A DNA stretch of 64,000 nucleotides, taken from the NCBI RefSeq assembly GCF_009914755.1, contig NC_060947.1; one strand, written 5' to 3'. Origin of the DNA: the human T2T-CHM13v2.0 reference genome, Homo sapiens. The position numbers were made by a program, and so were the translations under genes. Position 1 is the stretch's first letter, and the number at the start of each line of letters is the position of its first letter. This document shows, piece after piece, positions 1-15,500 of the stretch. Below the pieces are notes generated by a model. That model was given only the letters and a program-made list of their open reading frames with translations. It was not told where the DNA came from and ran no database searches.

Positions 1-1241
1 ATTAACAAATCTTGTCATATTAATTATCATTAGTGAAAATGTGTGTGAAAAGAGCAGGGTTTTTGTTGGTAGGAAGGAAAAAATCAGTGCATACTAATTT
101 TTCAAATTTCATATCAGAAGTATGATTATCAAAAATATGAGTTCTTAATTAAAATGATTTTCAATTATGAATAACCATAGATCAATCAAGTGTCTCATTT
201 ACCAATAACAGCCATGTTATCCAAAATTTTCTTTTACTGAATATAGACTCCTGCGCTGAAATAATATTTATGTGATTATTCGAGCCACATAAGCATGCTT
301 TGCAACCACTTAAGCCTTTTTGAAACAAGCCTAATTTACAGTTAATGCATTAAAAACTTTGTGCAAACAGAAAACGTTATGTCTGCTTTTCCATCCCAGG
401 GTGTAGCACACATAAATGGAGAAATAACAGATCGGTGACTCTTATTTTTTTTGTAATATTTATCTAGTAAAAGGCAGAAAAGAGTGTAAAAGATTCATTT
501 GGTTAAGAATGGCAAATAAACTGCATGCTCGCCTGAAGGTCTGCCTTGACGCAACCTGACACCTAGAGCTGAATTTCCAGTCGCTGGAATATCGCGCTAC
601 TCCTACCACTGAAAATGTTCAAAAGCACCACAGTCTGGGTATGAGCTTAAATCCCCTCTTCAACACCGCATTTTAGTAGCATGTAACCGATTACACTAAG
701 TCTAACCAAATCTCTCAGCTCTTTGCAACAAGGTTCTAGAAATCCCCCCTCCCCCCGCCCCAGCAAACATTTCGAAGCTGCACCACAAGTCAAGTCTGTC
801 CCAAAAAGCTTAAAAGTCATCAAAGAAACGCAATGCCTAGACAGCAGAAGCCCACATCCCTTGGAGGTGGAAGCTGGAGGGGAAGGGTCTGAGGCAGAGA
901 TAAAAGCAAGAGAGGGATTCCCCAGGCTCTCCTGGGGACGGGAGGATGGTGTCTGCCCAGCTCTGCGCCTGCAATTTCCACGCCATACATATCACAGCCA
1001 TGTCTGGGTCACGCCTGCCCAGAGCCCACCGGGCATGCACATATGTGACATGTCCGAAGCTGAGGGCAAGCCACCCAGGGCAGAGTATGCCCCCAGGCTC
1101 TGCGCCTGTCCCAGGGCAGTTGCAATGCAGCAAGCGTGTTACTGTTACGGAGGCAAGAAAGCCAGCGCCTTCCCACGCACGCACACAGGCTAGGTGGCCT
1201 CTTCTGCACAAGATGGGCCACCAACAAACTCACCTATGCTA

Positions 1242-2480
<1,239 letters not shown>

Positions 2481-4856
2481 GCTCGGCATTGGGGGATGGA
2501 GTGGTGGGGGTGTTTCCTCAGTGTTTGAGCTGACCAGATTGTGCTCGGGCTGGAGCCCCTCAGAAGTTCGCCAGATCCCTGCCTCAGGCTTGGACGCACC
2601 AACAACCCGGAGAACCCTCACCCACCCGCGCAGAGGTATTTTGCTTGGCGACACTTGTAGCCATTCAGGGGAGGAGGCCAGAGTCCCCAGACGGGTTCAG
2701 CCCCAGCGGTAGCAGCAGAAGCAGACACTGCAGAGCTGCGCCCGCACACCACGCTGCCACCCAGTGGTTTTTGCTGACTTTTCATTTCAAGCCAATTTGT
2801 AGGGTCCAAAACCTGTTTTTCCTCTGCGCCCCCTCATCTGTCCGCTCAGATTTGGGATTCAAGCAGAGAGCTTGGGTCGTGTACCGTAAGCATTACGTAT
2901 TTGGGAAATGCAGAGTCGAACCTCTCTATTTAAGCTGTGGCCCATCTCTAATCTCCTAACTTATTTTTTTCTGCTCCTCCAAAGTCAGGCAGCCTCCTTC
3001 CCTCCAATTCAGGAACCAGTCTGGCTTTTTGCTGGCCTCAGTCTATTAACAAGTTCTGTCCTCTCCCTGTGTTATATTTTATTCTGGAGGAAAAGAAAGA
3101 AGAGGTTTTGAGGCCAGAAATGCAGCAAAGAGAAATGGCCTGTCTACATCCCTACCTTCAAACAGACACAATTATTTGACTATTTTACTTGATTTCTGAG
3201 GCCAACTAGGAAGCAAAATAGAGCAGCTCTACTACCTGGCAGCCCTACACCGTCTTTACTGGACTCCTACATGGCACCCCCATCACCTCTTTTCAGAACT
3301 AATGTAGATGCAAAACCAGATGCTCAGCTTATCTTCAGACTCTAGCCCTTTTTTCCTTGCCTGACTACCCAACAAACAAGCTCGGACTCAGCAACACTGA
3401 AATGCTTTCAGGCTTCTTAGCCCATAAGAGCTGAATCACCGGACCCTTCTGTAGATTCCATTGCTTCACAGGGGAAGCTGTTGCTACCCCTCCTTCCACT
3501 TCTCTCCAATCTTGAAATGTCTCTTGCTCCATCAGAAGCACCACTGTGTGTCTGCAAGGCAGACTGGGGTAAAGGTTGCAGTGGGTTGAGACTGATAGTT
3601 ACAGGAGAATGATGCCAAAGGGTCTGACATTTTCTACCTACTCTTTTGTGCTTTTGGCTTTCCCAAATGAAAAGGGAGGACAAGGTAGACGAGAGTTTTA
3701 ACACCTCAAGTCTATTCAAGTATCCACTTCTTTAAAATTTGATTCATAGGGAAAAATAAATCCCTGAGGAATGACTGATTGATATTGATTCTGAAGAGTA
3801 GGAGGCTATTTCCTAGTTCAAAATGTTTGTGATTGTTGTTTAAATTCCAGATACCATGAAGGGAAATATCTTACATAAAGAGGGGTCAGGAGAAGCTTTG
3901 ATCAAGCCCAAATATTTGGGGTGGGTGATGAACAGGTACAAGGTCTCTGCTTATTCTCTGCATGTTTTTACCTTCTGCCAAGCACCAACCCCAAGGGCCT
4001 TTTGTTCCTACTCTCATTTCTCTCTTGGGATCCTGACCCAGAGCAGGCATGCAAAAGCTAAAGAAGGATGAAGTTCTGATTCAGGAAGGGGATAGACCTT
4101 AGAAGAAGAGATGGTATTGAGAAAATCATAAGGGCTTTCCCACACCGTTTTTCCTCCACTTCTCCTCTCAGATAGCTCTCACTGTTTGCTTCTGCAAACA
4201 CCATTCATAAGGTATTTTCAGGACGCCTGTAGAATTATTGGTGTGGACACTCTGTGGTACATATTAGAGGTAAACAGACTCAGAGAAGACTTCAGGAATA
4301 TATAATAAGAATGGCGGGGGCATTTATTACAAATTTGCAAACACAAACTGTAAATACATCCTTTTGTTTCTAACTCCTGTCTACCATCCACATAAGCTCA
4401 TGGAACCACTGGGCCAAGGCTGATAACCAGGTGATTCTACACGTGTTTGTAGATGTCCTTCTTGCTCTAATCCTTCTCTCCCTGATTAAATTGTATAATA
4501 TTGAAAAATGAAGAGTATGGGGGAGGGGGAACGAGACTCTCCCTCTGTCACATGTTCCTGCCAACCCACAAAAGATATTTCTGTCTTTTTATATCCTGAC
4601 CCCCTTGAATCTTTTGTTTTCATGAACAGGAAAATGCATGGCACATTATTAATGAGACTTGAGAAGGGGGCATCTCTCTGTGATCTGTCTGTCTACGGAC
4701 CTCATTCATTCTCCTCTCTCTTCCACAAAGAGAACTCACAAAGGCCTGTGACCAGAGGGTAAATTCAATCTGGGGCAGAAAGTGAAAGAAAACCATTTTG
4801 AAATTGGGTCCAAATCATATTGCTCAATGAACTTAACCATTAATAATGCAGATATT

Positions 4857-5199
<343 letters not shown>

Positions 5200-6926
5200 T
5201 CATGTCTATTTCCCAGGTGCTTAAAATTTCAGAGACGAATGTGAATATTACTTTCAAATCTCCAACAGGAAACTATGCCAAAGTCACATCCATCTTGAGA
5301 AGGTATAATGAAAGAATTGCAGCCAATCCTAGAGAAGCATATTTTGCTTGTCTTTGCTGTCCCACTGCCATCCTGGGCCAATAGTACGACATTTGTGTAG
5401 GGGAAGTAATAAAGAATTCTCTTTTGACACCTATTTCCAAATCCCTTTTTCTCCAGTTTTGATTTGTTCCTAGCAGTTCACATTGTGGCCTTGCTATGGA
5501 ACTTCCTGGATCTCCTCCATATTTGTAAATTTCAGTTATCTCTGCTTATCCCTGGTGGTTCAAACTCTTCTATGCTCTATTCTAAGGTAGGGTCTATTCT
5601 CCGTTGTTTCTCCCACGTGTCCGCTCTCCCATTGCATTGTCCACCAACCTCTCTTTTTGACCATGTTCAGAAAGAAAGCATTCTTAGCTTTTTTTTCTAA
5701 CTCAACTCCCAAAGAGTTCTAGCCTGGCAGGCTGGAAACATATGTTTTAATCCTATCTCTGCCACTAATTGGCTGTGTGACCTTGAGTATGTCATTTCTC
5801 CATATTACAGGCCTCAATTTTCCCATCTTTAAAGTAATACTTAGACAAGATTGGCAGTTTTCACTTTGTATTCTTCAGCAATCTAAAAGTAATGAAAAGT
5901 AATAAAAGTTCCCTCGCCAATGTTTCAACAGTAGATTTCATCTATTTTAACTGTTTTCATTCAACTGTTTATTTCTCTTTCTCTTTTCATCTGTTTTATA
6001 TAGTGGAGCTCATTGTATGATTTCTTACGTAAAAAATAAAAATGAAAAGATTCTGGTACTAAAAACAAAACGTTTGGAAACCTCCAGATGACATGTTCCT
6101 TAAAGTCCTTTTGGCTCTGGGAGCCTATGATTATTTTTCCCATATGTTCCTGTTCCTACTTCTTTATCTTCCCCTCTTCATACTTCCCATCTCTCTGTTC
6201 TCTTCCCACCCCATGAGAACATAAATTCTAAATTGGATTCCAAGGAAAAAATGCAAAAGTCCCTTTGATTCCACTCCTCGTGGGTTCACTTGAGAACTAG
6301 GTTTTAGCATTCTTTTCAGAGAGAGTTATGTGAGTTATCTGGGCATAGAATGCTGATCGTTCTCTGCCAATCTCTTTTGGCAGGCCTCAGAGGAGCTGTA
6401 AGGAAGCTGAGGGGACCTGCTCTCAAGAGGCATCTCCAGGAGAGAGACAGAAACCCAAACAGATGTGACTGTGATGAGTAAAAATGAGAGAACTCAGACA
6501 GCCTAATCGGGAGCAGCCTCAGTCCATTCTGAGCAGAAAGGAATTGGCTGTCTTTCTGAAATTCTGAAAATGAGAAATTTCAAACACCCTTCCTATGTGA
6601 AGATAAGCTCACTCAGAATCACTTGCCAGTTTGTTCTCCTTCTACACTAACAGTTCACCAAAATATCTGAGTGGGAAGTTACCTGGTCAAGGACTGATGA
6701 TGAGCTCAAAGAAAGGAAATGTTGGCAGATTCAAATGCACCAACGTCGAGTAACACTGGGATCTCCCCATTCACTAAGTAAGGCAGCAGAGAGAGTATTT
6801 ACGAGATGAGGTAGCCAAGTACCACCTTTTGTGGTCTAATTATGTACAAAGGCTCAGAGAAACAACTGGATAGAAATACAAATGAGGAGTTTAGAGAAAA
6901 GCTAACAGAATAGGCTCTTTTCAGCC

Positions 6927-7110
6927 AGCCAGGCACAGTGGCTCACACCTGTAATCCCAGCATTTTGGGAAGCTGAGGCAGAAGGATCCCTTGAGCCCAG
7001 GAGTTCCAGGCTGCAGCAAGCTATGATCCTGCCACTGCATTCCACCCTGGGTGACAGAGTAAGACCCTGCCTCTAAAAAAAAGAAAAATAAGAAAAAAGA
7101 AAGAAAAGAA
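6927..7110 (+). mobile_element. Alu monomer (FRAM/AluJ-type) with A-rich tail
   Basis: About 150 bp single Alu arm (GCCAGGCACAGTGGCTCAC...GACCCTGCCTCT) followed by an A/AAAG tail. Confidence 0.85.
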
Positions 7111-8087
7111 ATAGACACTTAACTCCAGGAAGAAAAATGCAATTTAAGGAAATCTTGTTAGTGTCACACTAGAATGCCAGGTAAAGAAAGAGTGACTACT
7201 GTATTCTGTTACATACCCTGACACATATATTAGCTGGCAAAGATTAGATCATTTAGGGGAGTTATACTTCAGAAACAAAGGTCTCCAGAACCATCCTTTT
7301 AGAAACTGATTGGCCTTCCTGAATTGCATTTAGAATGAAAATCCACAAGACCTTAGGCTTGCATCACACTAGGATGGTGGCTTGGTTTTCATTATGTCCT
7401 GTTTCTGAGATCATTCTCTAAATACTTAAGCTATAGAATTTACTGATGCTACCTCTGATTTATATTTAAAATCAATTGAGAAAACACTGATTAATTCTGA
7501 TCCTTAAGAAGAAAAATCCTATAACCCACATACAAATTTCATTGTTCAGTCATAATTTATGAACATTAAAGCCATAAAACGCCCTGATGGTATTAATCAT
7601 GTCTGTGAATTCAGCACTTCACCATTTAATTAGCCATGGCAGCTGCAACATCGAGAGTTCAAGGCCTCTGATTACCTGCTTGGCCATTTAATCAAGAAAA
7701 CCTGGAGAGAAATAGCAGCTTTCTGGGGCGGAGGTTTCTCCCTTAATCTTGAGGAGAGAATACAAGGAAATGAGCTTAAGCTTTAATATGTGGGGATTTA
7801 AGTTTTGTACAAGGAAAACATTCTTTTCAGTGAGCGTTGTTAAATACTATGATTGATTGCTGATTTTTCTTCTATAAAACCTTTTATGAATACAACAAAA
7901 ACCTTTTCTATCTAGCTAGGTATGTGGGTTGGTTTCCATTAAGACTATCATTCTGTCATAAAATCTACACGACTATTTGTATAACCATGACCTGCCACCA
8001 AGAAGTAATCACTAGGAGAGTGGAAAGGGGCAGTAACACCATTATGAGAAGGCAAAGGTCCCCTCTGATAGGGCATGGGGATTGCTA

Positions 8088-8405
8088 GTGTTTTTGTTGT
8101 TGTTGTTGTTGGTTTGTTTTGTTTTGTTTTGAGATCTGGTCTCTCTGTCACCCAGTCAGGAGTGCAGTGGCGTGATCAGCTCTCTGTAACCTCTAACTCC
8201 TGGGCTCAAGCCATGTCCCATCTCAGTCCCCAAGTAGCTGGGACTACGGGCACGTGCCACCACATTTAACTATTTTTTTTTTCTAAGGCTAAGGTCTCAC
8301 TTTGTTGCCCAGGCTTGTCTCTATCTATCTCCTGGCTTCAAGTGATCCTCCCGCCTTGGCCTCCCAACGTGCTGGGAATTACAGGTGTGAGCCATAACAC
8401 AAAGC
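8088..8405 (-). mobile_element. AluJ-type SINE with (TTG)n/(TTTTG)n tail
   Basis: Diverged antisense dimeric Alu; similar flanks ATTGCTAGTG / ATTGTTAGTG. Confidence 0.9.
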
Positions 8406-10624
8406 TAATTGTTAGTGCTTTTGCCTTTGGAAGATCATACTGGATGAACTTGGAGCATGTGGATCAAGGCAGTCACATTCATTTCCTGAAGTTTCTCTCA
8501 TCCAACTTGCAGAAAACACTTTGTAGACACAATAAATGTATTATTAATCAAATGGGTTGCTTCAGTGGTGACAGAGTGTCTAGAGCCAAGAAAAGCATCA
8601 GGTTCTCTAAGTGAATTTGATTCTGTTTTACTCAATAATATTTGAAGATCTTGAAGGAACAATTTCTATTTTATGAACTAAGTGATGGCTAACAAACATT
8701 AAGTGAGGTGCTTCTATGGTGAGACATTTATGGCAGGCTAAAAATGTACAAGAATCAGAGGCAAAATATCTGTAACACTGGGTTCATTTCTTGCCCAGTG
8801 AACTAGGTAACCTAAATGAAAAGCTAGGGGAAAAAATGATGGAGGATTTGAGGCAATGGCAGACAACCTAATTTTTCTGGATTTAAGCCAATTCAGGAAA
8901 TAAAGTTACTGGAAGGTGACCTAAACTCAGTATTTGAGGAAAGGAATGCAGTGTGGGCAAATGATCTAGTGTCTGTTATTATTTAGCATATGGAGGCAAG
9001 ATTCACAACCAGCATTAAGGAACACTGGATGGATTTCCTACTTGCCAATGGCACTGTTTGCTCCAATTTCCTATCAAGAATTTATATTTTTTAAAGCAAC
9101 AGAGAGGTAATGGGAAAATACTTTAGTGTTCCCTCAGGATTAAGAGTCTTAACACATCTCTTTTCAGACACTGACCAAGATTTGGGGAGAAGAACCTGGT
9201 ATATTCAGAGAAAATACTATCCTCCATATTCTAAGGAGGAGATGAAAGACAGGTTGATAACCCACCTGAGAACTGTGCAGATGCCCTAGATGATTTTTAA
9301 GCTCTCCCTTCTGCTTTAGATTTGTTTTTCCCAAAACTGGGGTTGGAAATGGTGATAACACTCAATAAATACTATGGTTATAGTTGGACAAGCAACTTGT
9401 TAAGTGCTATAACCTTAATCCCTTTAATCCTTACAACAACATGTAAGGTAGGTATTATCATTATTGCCATTGCAAAGGTGAGAAAAGTGAAGCCTGGAAA
9501 GACTAAGTGATATGACTCTGGTTTCCTGGCTAGTACATAAGTGGAAGTGCAAGTATTTAAGCTAAGGATCCTGAGCCAAAAAGCACATTTATGTATACAA
9601 GGCCAGACCTTTAAATACTACTTCTTTCCTCATTGGCAGTGGGTCTGGAATTTGGGTTGCTCAACAGTGGTGCCTGGATGTGACTATGTTTTGGCTTGGG
9701 GGACTGAACGAGATGAAATATAGCATGATTTTTCTAATCAGTTTTTTTTTCTTTAACAAAAGTGAATTATGAAATAAAAATAATACATATGATCTATGCC
9801 TAGTTATAAGCACAGTTCATAACACTCAATAACTTCTTATAGCAATATTTAAAGAAAACATTGCTAACTTTCTCATGAAAATTATAGGATTATAAAGCAC
9901 TACTTAATGTTATTCTATGTTTCCTAGCCCAAGAAATAGTTTAACACTAGAACCTGTTTTGACTCAGGTAATCTGGGACTTTGGAATGCTATGAGACCCA
10001 AAGGACACTTCCCGGCCTTTCTCTCCATCACTACTTAGCAGAGACAAGAAGTTAAAGCACTCCAAACACTCAGTTCTTTTCGTACAGGAAAAACTGGCTT
10101 TCCACACTGTAAGCTTTTTTGTGCCATCTGTTTTTAGCTACAGGAAGCTTGAGTTCAGCCAAAAGAGAGAAAAATATTATACACAGTGTATTCACTTCCA
10201 TACTCGGAAGCCCATGACTATCCTTTTGCAATTAGGAGCTTCTCCAATATCTATTCTAGCTAATTTGCTCTAACTTTTCTCTTCTGACAAACAGTTAAAA
10301 GTACAGTCAACAGACTGAAATTATTTAGTAACTTTTCGTGCAACCACTGAAGGCCTCAAGCAATTTTAGAAACTGATTTCCTAACAGAAGCCTTGATGCT
10401 TACCTAATGATTTCATTTTAGAGAAGAGATCTGAGGCAAGAGAAGTTGAATACATTTGGCTTGGGCCATTTGTTCATTTGTTCATTCATTAATTTATTCA
10501 TTCAACATTTACTGATAACTGTTTGACAAGTACTGAGCTAAGACCTGAAGGATGCAAAAATACTAATAGCTCTAATGTATTGAGCACCAACTCTACTCCG
10601 GGCACTATTCAAAGTACAATAAAT

Positions 10625-10830
10625 CATTACTTATGTCATTGATATGTTCTTGAAAACTGCAATTTTAAGCGAAATGACATAACGAAACCAAATTTTTTTC
10701 TCATCAACATTATAAGGAAACAATATTGAAAGAAATGACATTATTTGAAGACCTGCTGTATGTCATCTCACTTAAAGTTGCAATTTCCAAGAACTTATTT
10801 ATGACATTTAAGCGAGGACTTATTGTACTT
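10625..10830. mobile_element. Tigger-type (TcMar) non-autonomous DNA transposon relic within MIR/L2 sequence
   Basis: Internal inverted similarity (TTCTTGAAAACTGCAATTTTAAGCGAAATGAC versus GTCATCTCACTTAAAGTTGCAATTTCCAAGAA). Confidence 0.6.
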
Positions 10831-13800
10831 TGTTTACTCTTTTAATACTTATAATAACCTTATGAACTTATCTCCATTTTACAGATTAAGAAGCTGAGAT
10901 GAAGAAAGGCTAATGCATTCATTAGTGTAGGGAGTGGTGGAGTCAGAATTTAAATTTGTGCATACTGCCTTTATATTTCATGTTTTAAAAAATGACTCTA
11001 CTGCCTCTCCAGTGACTGTCCCTGGCCTCAAGTGGAGGAGAAAGAGAAGTAAATAGTTAACTAAAACACAAGTGTGGTAAGCACTTTAAGAATGATACTA
11101 AATATCCAGTGTTTTCAGAGCCCAAAGAGGGTGCAGCTAACTCCGTGGGCAGGAGGGCAGGAGGGCAGGAATTGAATCCAGCTTCAGAAAACAAAACCTG
11201 TCACTGAAGATGAATGTGGGAGGATGGGAAGAAGCTCAGAAGTTGGGGAACGAAATTAGGTAAAGCCAGACTTCAAACCTGGATTTCAACTGACTACTGG
11301 TACTATATTCTTCTTACTAGGCCATATTACTTTCCCTCAGGTAAAGAATTTGCAAAACCTTAGATTTTTATATCACTACCCTTTGAACATCAACCACTGG
11401 GGACTGGGAGAAATCGACTATGCTATGTGGATATTCTGATGAACATTTGTAAGTTTTTATTCCTTGCTTTAAAGAGATCGTCTTCTTTTTCCTACTGATC
11501 GCATTCAGTACATATTGTCAACATTGATGTTCAAGTATACAGTTGTTACTGATTTCTGACTGGCAACAGCAGAGGGTGTAGTAGAAGTAATCCCTTTAGA
11601 AAGATGCCAATAAAAATGAAAATTACATTGGCATGTATGTCATGGTAAGTCAGCCATTCTCCTGATATAACTGGCGTGAGGTTGGAGACCAGAGATTTTT
11701 CACATGGGCAGTCAATAAATAATTTTTATGATGATAAAACTTTAAGGTAACAAATTAAAGATTGTGTGAAAAGACTGTCCAAGCCAGGTAATGCCAGTAA
11801 TTCATCTATATAGATTTCAGTATTCCTATAGGAGAGGAACAACTAGGATTTGGTTGGTATTTGAATATATTGAAAACATATTGAAAATTTCCCTGCTCAC
11901 TGTATTCCTCTTCAATTGTGCTTAATCAGTTTTTCTATTGCTGTGCTTCAATTCTGGAAATTTAGCTATCAACTCTTTACTTATTGCCTCTCTTTAAATC
12001 TCTGTTGTTCTACTGAAACTTCTGTTAGGTGCATCCTACCTATTCTTCCATAAAACATAGAAATAACGGATAAAATATTCATTTTATTTAGTCTCTCCCT
12101 CATGATTCCTTACTTCTCTTTCCTAGTTCCATCTCTGTATCTTTCTTTGCAAAATCTGGGTGCTTCACTGATCCCCTCTTTAGCTGGATTTATCTGTTGA
12201 TTTTGTTTTTATTTCATTGGTAGAAATACTATATATTATACAATAATATTTTATGAATGGCATACAAAATCATATCTATACACACAAATGTTATATATAA
12301 AATATATATACACACATATATTAAATACATATATATATTTACAATTTCTGTTTGGTGTTTGATAATATGTCTATTTTTTCATAACGTTCTGATCATATCT
12401 TAAGAGTTTTATTCCTTTATCTTACTGAACATTTTGATCACACTTATGCACTTATGTTAAAGCCTCTTTCATATTGCCTTATTTCTGGAATATGAATTAC
12501 TCTGGTTATTGTCACTGCTGACCTACCTCATTCCAAAGAAGAATTGAAGTGGCTTACAAAAAGGTGCACAAGAAAATAAAATTGAAACACAAATAAAGAA
12601 ACATGAGAGTGAACGACCAAGAGTCAGATGGTAGAGGAGGCCAGCAGGGTTTCCAACCAAGGTTTCTAACTCTTAGTCTCACTCCCTTTCAGCTCCATTA
12701 GGCTGCCTCCAAAAGCTTTTGAACCACTGGGTGGTGACTGGCAAGAGATTTGTTGGCATTAATAAAAAAGTAGCAACAATTTTGACCTCACAAAGCAAAC
12801 AGCCCAGTATCTATTTGAATAATCTCCCATCAAATGTAAGCACTGAAAATTGAATCCAAACTTGAATTACGGCAATTATCCTGCTTGGATTAGAAGCCTA
12901 ATCAACCAACAGACACAAGTAAGGTGAAATGAGCTGAAACCACAGAGAAAATTGGTCCATGAGAGGACAGGGGCCTGGGTTTAATTTTCAGAGCTACATA
13001 TATGTTTAAAAAGGTAGCTCTATTTCTGAGATAATCTAATTCAATTTTGATCACATCACATTTTATAGATATCCACCTGCTCCCGGGTTTTGATGAGAGT
13101 TTAAATAATAAAGTGGCTTTACTTGGATCCTATGCTTCAACTAGTATCACAGCTATCATTTTCTTAAGTGTTGTACTGAAATTGAAAATGATAATATCTA
13201 TAAAACCTCTCTAGTGCTGACATTTCCAAGTCTCTTTTCCAGCACAAACAAAATTAGAAAATGAAAAATATAACCTTTCCCACTCTGTAGTTTCTTTACA
13301 GGGTATAAAATAGAAAGGTAGTCTATATTCAAGAATTATGGCCAACTAACAGGAATAATAATAACAGTGATAATAATAATAGCAGCTAACATTTTCCCAA
13401 GCATTTACTCTGAGCCAACCATTGTTCCAAATGTTTTACATGTGTTAACTTATCCAAATCTCATAACAACCTTCTGAGGTAGGTACTGTTATTAGCTTTA
13501 TGTTATAGGTGAGGAGAAAAGATACGACGAGATTAAAAATTTTGCCTAAGGTCACACAGCTAATGGATGGTGGAAGTAGGATACTAACTCAGTCCTGCTA
13601 CACACAGATATGCAAATAATCCTGATTTATAGTTATTTGGTCAGAGGGATGGATTGTATATTTTATGAATGATTTCAGACCCTCTTCTACTCCCTCTTAC
13701 TTTCTTTCTGTTTATATCACTGTCAATTAACTTTCCAGTAGTAGAGGCTCAGAGATGGTAAAACTACCACTAAATTTATAGAAAGTTGTATGAATTTCTT

Positions 13801-15189
13801 TAAGAAGTGGGAATACTTCTCCTTTCCTCAGTTTTTTCCTATTTATGGTCATTGCAGTAATTTCTATCATCCTTTGCAGCTTTGAAATCACTTCTTCACA
13901 TGTAAACAGCTCACCCTGGTGTTGCCATGGAGATTTATATCAATGCCATGAGCCAGGGCCTAATTTGCGCATTCTGCTGATTAACAGGAGTATTTGCTAA
14001 TCCCTGCCAAGCTCTCTCATCCACTGCCATGACTAATCTCACCGGTTGGCGATGCGTGGAATTCATGAATGCTAGAAACCCATCATCTTAGGTTATTTAA
14101 CACTTCAATTCTGTTCAGTAACAACTTAATTAAGTCTCGAGGGGAAAAAAAGGTCAACAGAAAAATAAAATTAAACCTTTTAAGAAATTAGTTAACAAGA
14201 AGGGAACGTTACAATTCACTGCTGTGAAGCAGAACTAATAACACAATAATGCAATATAACATAAATGGTACATTTCATCTTGGGTACTCAGGGGGTGATC
14301 ATCTGACCAAAAGGTAACTATCATTTGTTAAGAGAATTCTCTGAGCTTGTCAGTGTGCTAGGTGCTTCAACATATGTTATTTCTTTCATTTTCACAACAC
14401 TCCTATGAGGTAGGGTGTTTTTATGTTTGTTTTGTTTTTATCAGGTAAGAAAATTAAGGCCCAGAGAAGTTGAGTCATTAGCCCAAATTCACACAACCAG
14501 CAAGTGACACTATGTGAACAAAGCTGGGACCACCCAATCGTGTCCGACTCCTTGCATACCACTTGAGTGGAACTGTACACGGAGCTTACTTTCCATCCAA
14601 TATTTTGATTTTCTGGAAGACAGAAATAAGACAAAGGAAGAGAAGCTGCACGGAAATAGATTAGGGCTCATTTTGATGAAGACATTTCCAACAATAGGGA
14701 TTGTATAAAAATAGGTAGCATGGACTATCTTGAAAGGTAATCAATGTCTTGTCACTGGCAATGTTCATAGAAGGGCCATGGGATCACACAGACCTATTCC
14801 AGTACCAATCAGATGTTGTGGAAGGGATTCTTGCATTTAGTAGATGATTGAATGGTATCATCATAGACCCTTTTGTCAAAGCCCTCACACAAAGACTACC
14901 AGAGAAACCTGCTGATCATACAAAGCTGGGTATGTGAAACACACTAAGCAAGAGAAAGTCCCCCTTGACAGAGTCTCAGTACTATGTTAAAAAGGAGGAG
15001 TTAGCAAAGAGTACTTACAGGGTTTTCAAGGCTGGGGTTAGTCAAAGGTAATTCATTTTAGGACAGAAGTTTTTAAGTATAGTGCTTAACAACGCAGGTT
15101 AGAATTTGTAAACTAGGCGAATTGCTGGAATAGTCAGTGGTCTTATCTTTAGGACACATAAGCCATGTGGAATTACTATTAAAACAGTC

Positions 15190-15500
15190 TGAGCTAAAAA
15201 CCAATAAAAAGCAAAGAAACTCTCACAAACCAGAGGAGATTGAGGAGATATAATGACTAAATGCACTGTGCTATCCTGGATTGAATCCTGGAACAGAAAA
15301 AGGGCCTTAGTGGAAAACCTGGTGAAATCCAAATAAAGTCTGGGGTTTAGTTGATAATAATGTACCAGTGTTGATTTCTTAGTTTTGACAGATGTACCAT
15401 AGTATGTTAACTTTAGGGAAACCTAGATGAAGGGTATATATGAATTCTCTGTACTATATTTGCAACTTTTCTGTAAACTTAAAATTATTCAAAACATTTT
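15190..15500 (+). mobile_element. Old L1 (L1MB/L1MC) 3' end fragment
   Basis: Typical L1M 3' UTR text: ATCCTGGATTGAATCCTGGAACAG...GAATTCTCTGTACTATATTTGCAACTTTTCTGTAAACTTAAAATT. Confidence 0.75.

Noticed and set aside
1-1200. FGF13 exon 2 (EPQLKGIVT...)
   Set aside because: No matching sequence; it must lie left of the window.
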